A stretch of DNA of 64,000 nt from NCBI GenBank assembly GCA_964630905.1, contig CAZVWR010000002.1, positions 23,531 through 87,530 of the forward strand, read 5' to 3'. The translations under genes were made by a program, and so were the position numbers. This DNA is from an uncultured Spirochaetales bacterium. GTDB taxonomy: Bacteria > UBP6 > UBA1177. The number at the start of each line of letters is the position of its first letter. Within the stretch, counting starts at the first letter, position 1. A model generated the notes under the pieces. That model had not been told where the DNA came from and ran no database searches. It saw only the letters and a list, made by a program, of their open reading frames with translations. This document shows positions 60,804-64,000 of the stretch, in pieces.

Positions 60804-61331
60804 TTACTTAAATACACTGTCCGGGGGTTTGGGAAGGCCGAGAACGGCATATAATTCTTCGATTGCATGAAGATGAGGAATGTATGTGTAAAGTACCCTG
60901 TTCATTTTCATATTTATCTGTTCAAGATCAAAGCTCCCTTCTTCAATAGCGGCATCCATATAAATTCCGATCGAAAATATAAGATCGTTCTGACAGCCGG
61001 TCAGCCGCCTGTTCGGAAGACTTTTTGTAAATACAACTTCTGATGCTTCAAGCATTACCTCGTTAATTTTATCATCAGGAATTTCCGCCAGTTTCAGCAT
61101 TCTTTCCAGGCGGTCAAGAAATGCCTGTCTGAGAGTTGTTTTTGAAATATCTGTCAGTAAAAATGAGAAGAGCGTCTTTTCGTTTGAAAAGATGTAGTAT
61201 TTTTTCCTTCTGAAAATAAAAACATTGGCAGTCCAGTCACCCAGAAACCCGGGATGGTTTATGTCAGGAAGGGGAGACAGATGAAGTTTTAAACTGTCCG
61301 CCATTTTCTTTGTACAGCCAATGAAGATCAC
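60804..61331 (-). CDS. Hypothetical protein
   Basis: ORF only. Confidence 0.35.
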   Translation of the reverse strand: MIFIGCTKKMADSLKLHLSPLPDINHPGFLGDWTANVFIFRRKKYYIFSNEKTLFSFLLTDISKTTLRQAFLDRLERMLKLAEIPDDKINEVMLEASEVVFTKSLPNRRLTGCQNDLIFSIGIYMDAAIEEGSFDLEQINMKMNRVLYTYIPHLHAIEELYAVLGLPKPPDSVFK

Positions 61332-61451
61332 TTAGCACACTCCTTTAGAAAAAATCATCGGATTATTAAGGAAAATATCGGAAAAGGCAAGAGAGGTTAC
61401 GGAGTGACTTGGTGAACGGTGACCTTTCTGCTCACCCACGCAAAGCGTGTA

Positions 61452-61925
61452 TCATCCGTCACTGTTCACTGTATAAAAGCGACACACACGGACAAAATTT
61501 TTAGCAAGATCGTAGCTTAAGAAAACATTTCCTGTGTTGAAAGCAACACCTAATTTGTTAGCGGAATAATTATTGTGGGATGTAGAAGACCAGAAATATC
61601 CTGAATTATTATTACTATGCACCCAGACACCTTTTTCCATATAAAAACCATTTTCGCCGGGACCTTTATTTTTTTCTCCAGATTCTTTTTCTTCAGATAC
61701 ACCGGTAACAAGGGTCTTCAGTTCTTCAATTGTAGGCAACCGCCAATCTGAAAAGTCTCCCAGACGGAGATCTTCTGCATATTTTTCCACTTCATTACGC
61801 CATTCGAACTCTTTCTCACTGCAGGATCTCTGCCACATAAGCCCTGTTTTCAAATCAACAACAATTTCTTCATTATTTACACTGAAAATCTCATGCCTTC
61901 CGGCAACTGTTTCAATTTTTTTCAT
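61452..61925 (-). CDS. DUF1566 (Lcl C-terminal domain) protein
   Basis: TGLMWQRS ... DWRLPTIEELKTLV. Confidence 0.6.
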   Translation of the reverse strand: MKKIETVAGRHEIFSVNNEEIVVDLKTGLMWQRSCSEKEFEWRNEVEKYAEDLRLGDFSDWRLPTIEELKTLVTGVSEEKESGEKNKGPGENGFYMEKGVWVHSNNNSGYFWSSTSHNNYSANKLGVAFNTGNVFLSYDLAKNFVRVCRFYTVNSDG

Positions 61926-62512
61926 GCTTTAAATTCAGTCCTTTTTGAAAGAAACTTTAAAAATCCTATTTTCAATACCCATAAATTAACACCAACTTTC
62001 CCATTCGTCCTTATAGTATTTATCCGGTTCGTCGGGCCAGGTACTGTATTTGACTTTTCCCAGATAATAATCACTCCTGCTTTATAAGTTTAAAAGAGTA
62101 AACTAGCCAATTTTACTGATTTTAACACAAATTTGAAGTTTTTGTGGCGTTGCCGCGGTGAGTGGTAGAGCCACCGGAAGGAGTAAAGGGTGATATGTGG
62201 GAGAAGTGTTCCGGATTATTTGTTTTAAAAACTGATAATTCTTGAAATACAAGTAAAATCAATAAGTAAGGAAATAGTTGTCATTGTAAGGTCTATTTTT
62301 TATAATTTAAAACCTGATAGATGAGGGAATTGAAAAAATCGCAGATATTGTGGGAAACAACGATTTTACCCCCTACATATTGTTTGAAGGAGGCCGGAAA
62401 TGAAAAGATTTTTTTTACCTGCGGCAAGAATATTTTTTTGGGCGTTAAAATAAATATTTTAAAAAGTGTCACGCAGCATTATAATTAACGGTCAATTTAC
62501 TACGGAGCTACC

Positions 62513-62857
62513 ATGAAAGACCTTCCCCAACTGGAAGATTTCAAAGACCTTGAAAGATCTATGTATGTCGACATAGAAAATTTCCTTCTCCTCTTTCCCG
62601 ATGATCCGTTTATTTATTCAGGTGATATTTCAGAAACATTTTCCCTCAGGGCTTTACTTGAGAGTAGCAACATTACAAGAGTTTCCCGGCTCCTCCTGGT
62701 TGTCAGAGGAGGGTTTGATATAATAATGAACCTCTCTCATGATATTAAGGAGATCCTTGATGATGGTCTTGAAAATAATCTTTTAATGACCGGAACGGGC
62801 GGGAAAAGAAGGATTGTAGTGGTCGCTCAGCCTGCCGGAGGCAAGGATGAAGTATAA
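62513..62857 (+). CDS. Hypothetical protein
   Basis: First of three overlapping small ORFs. Confidence 0.35.
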   Translation: MKDLPQLEDFKDLERSMYVDIENFLLLFPDDPFIYSGDISETFSLRALLESSNITRVSRLLLVVRGGFDIIMNLSHDIKEILDDGLENNLLMTGTGGKRRIVVVAQPAGGKDEV

Positions 62858-63200
62858 GTTGTACCTTGATGATATCCGCCACCCGAGGCATACTCCTGAA
62901 TACAGGGATTTCGACCGTGATTTTTTTAAGGACATAACGATAGCCAGAAATTATGATGAGGTTGTTGAGATATTGACTGAGAAAGGACTTCCGGCAGTTT
63001 TGATGTTGGACTACGATCTGGGGCAGGATATCCATACCGGTCAGGATGTCGTTAATTACTTCATATCGCTTGTTAAAGAAAACCCTTCAGCACTTGACCC
63101 CAAATTTATTTATTTTGTCCACTCCAACAGCAAAGCTGGTGCGGCTCTGATGCGTGAAACACTTGATAATTTCCTTAAAGAGATAGGCAGGATGAAATGA
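62847..63200 (+). CDS. Small receiver-fold-like protein (MKYKLYLDDIRHP ... LMLDYDLGQD ... FVHSNSKAG)
   Basis: Acidic-pocket, Asp, Ser and Lys positions are consistent with a minimal REC-like fold; family not identified. Confidence 0.35.
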   Translation: MKYKLYLDDIRHPRHTPEYRDFDRDFFKDITIARNYDEVVEILTEKGLPAVLMLDYDLGQDIHTGQDVVNYFISLVKENPSALDPKFIYFVHSNSKAGAALMRETLDNFLKEIGRMK

Positions 63201-63655
63201 GAGTCTGTTATGTGAGATTTGTTATCGGCTGCAGAAAGATAATTATTGATGACCCCCGTTTTAATATCAGAGGCGATGTCATTCCTCTTAAAAATGGTGA
63301 AGGTCTTGAGATAACAGTGGATTTATACAATGTTTATGAGCAAAAGCACCTTCCCGTGTCCATGAACAGTCACGATTACAGGGATGATTTCGGCATACCG
63401 TCAGATGCCTCTGATACGGTATTTTCGCTTTTACATGATCTCAGAAAGGATTTTTTACTTTTCAAGCGTCTTGTCTCCTCAGATCCGGAAGAATGGGGCA
63501 CATTTGATGACCTTAAAGTAGACAAATTGAAAAAAAGCGTCGGTTACATATGTGGCAGTTATTATTACAGTCTGATCAGAACTGATGGAAAATACACCCT
63601 TGAACCTTTTGATGCTCCGGAATCTTTGAGACGACTTCAGAATGAATGCTGCTGA
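63197..63655 (+). CDS. Hypothetical protein
   Basis: ORF overlapping upstream stop by 4 nt. Confidence 0.35.
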   Translation: MRVCYVRFVIGCRKIIIDDPRFNIRGDVIPLKNGEGLEITVDLYNVYEQKHLPVSMNSHDYRDDFGIPSDASDTVFSLLHDLRKDFLLFKRLVSSDPEEWGTFDDLKVDKLKKSVGYICGSYYYSLIRTDGKYTLEPFDAPESLRRLQNECC

Positions 63656-63927
63656 TTGTTTTTGTTCGGCATCCTGCATGATTCCTTTACTCTAGCTGAT
63701 TCTTCCTTTATTTTAGAGATCTCCTCTTCCCTTCCAAGCATTTTATAGCAGTCTTCCATACTGCTTAAAGCCTTTTCAAGTCCTTTCATATATGCATCAG
63801 GATTATGCTGAAAAAGAAGTCTGAGGTATTCCAATGCCGTTTTACTGACACCCATGTCTTTATCATACTGCTTTAGCGCTCTGAAACATTTACCTGTTTC
63901 TATTCCGTTCTCAGCATGATAGCCCAT
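63637..63927 (-). CDS. Hypothetical protein
   Basis: ORF only. Confidence 0.3.
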   Translation of the reverse strand: MGYHAENGIETGKCFRALKQYDKDMGVSKTALEYLRLLFQHNPDAYMKGLEKALSSMEDCYKMLGREEEISKIKEESARVKESCRMPNKNNQQHSF

Positions 63928-64000
63928 ATAGTCAAAAATATTTTTCTTACACAGTATCTTTAACAGCCGGTCCGCTTCGCGGAAATTATAAAGAGCTTCC

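Overview
This 64 kb window looks like chromosomal DNA from an anaerobic bacterium with roughly 40-45 % GC. The lineage cannot be determined from sequence alone, and no rRNA or tRNA genes were seen. It mixes core metabolism and signalling with several accessory regions. The ORF track uses alternative start codons (GTG/TTG shown as M), so many listed starts are probably too far upstream; start coordinates below were adjusted where an ATG with a Shine-Dalgarno or signal peptide was visible. Contents in order: (i) 6-3674 + : a CpI-type [FeFe]-hydrogenase followed by three receiver / histidine-kinase genes. (ii) 3.7-7.2 kb: a co-directional array of small accessory genes (Bro-N, hicBA, a truncated yhcG, a higBA-like pair, a lipoprotein), each followed by a conserved 60-110 bp sequence repeat, so the region resembles a cassette array. 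(iii) 8-16 kb: a thioredoxin-like protein, an ORF6N protein, DJ-1/PfpI, a second hydrogenase-like domain fused to a histidine kinase with its own receiver, and an MBL-fold hydrolase. (iv) 16-23 kb: an outer-membrane beta-barrel with an 18-bp tandem-repeat (AAKPVE)n region and a 1162-aa GH13-family glycoside hydrolase. (v) 23-29 kb: a phosphate module (PhoR-like kinase, PhoB-like regulator, Na/Pi cotransporter), TtcA and an HD hydrolase. (vi) 29-35 kb: members of a lipoprotein family sharing (D/N/S)-T/S-G tripeptide repeat linkers (Kelch, Cys-rich, DUF1566 C-termini) and a trypsin-like protease. (vii) 35.8-48.4 kb: a Type I restriction-modification operon hsdM-hsdS-[PRTase + DprA-like pair, ShosTA-like]-[DarT-DarG]-hsdR, followed without gaps by three uncharacterised genes ending in an Mrr-type nuclease domain. 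(viii) 49-52 kb: iteron-like repeats, a small tyrosine recombinase, and a duplicated TGTTACA-rich element. (ix) 54.5-58.3 kb: an AT-rich 1273-aa orphan ORF. (x) 58.4-60.4 kb: a radC (JAB) + DnaN-like sliding-clamp module bounded by a promoter-proximal repeat and a hairpin terminator; a deletion-decayed copy lies at 33.0-33.4 kb. The most notable candidates are the defence operon with nested toxin modules plus the three unknown genes after hsdR, the repeat-bounded cassette array, and the two hydrogenase-linked signalling modules.
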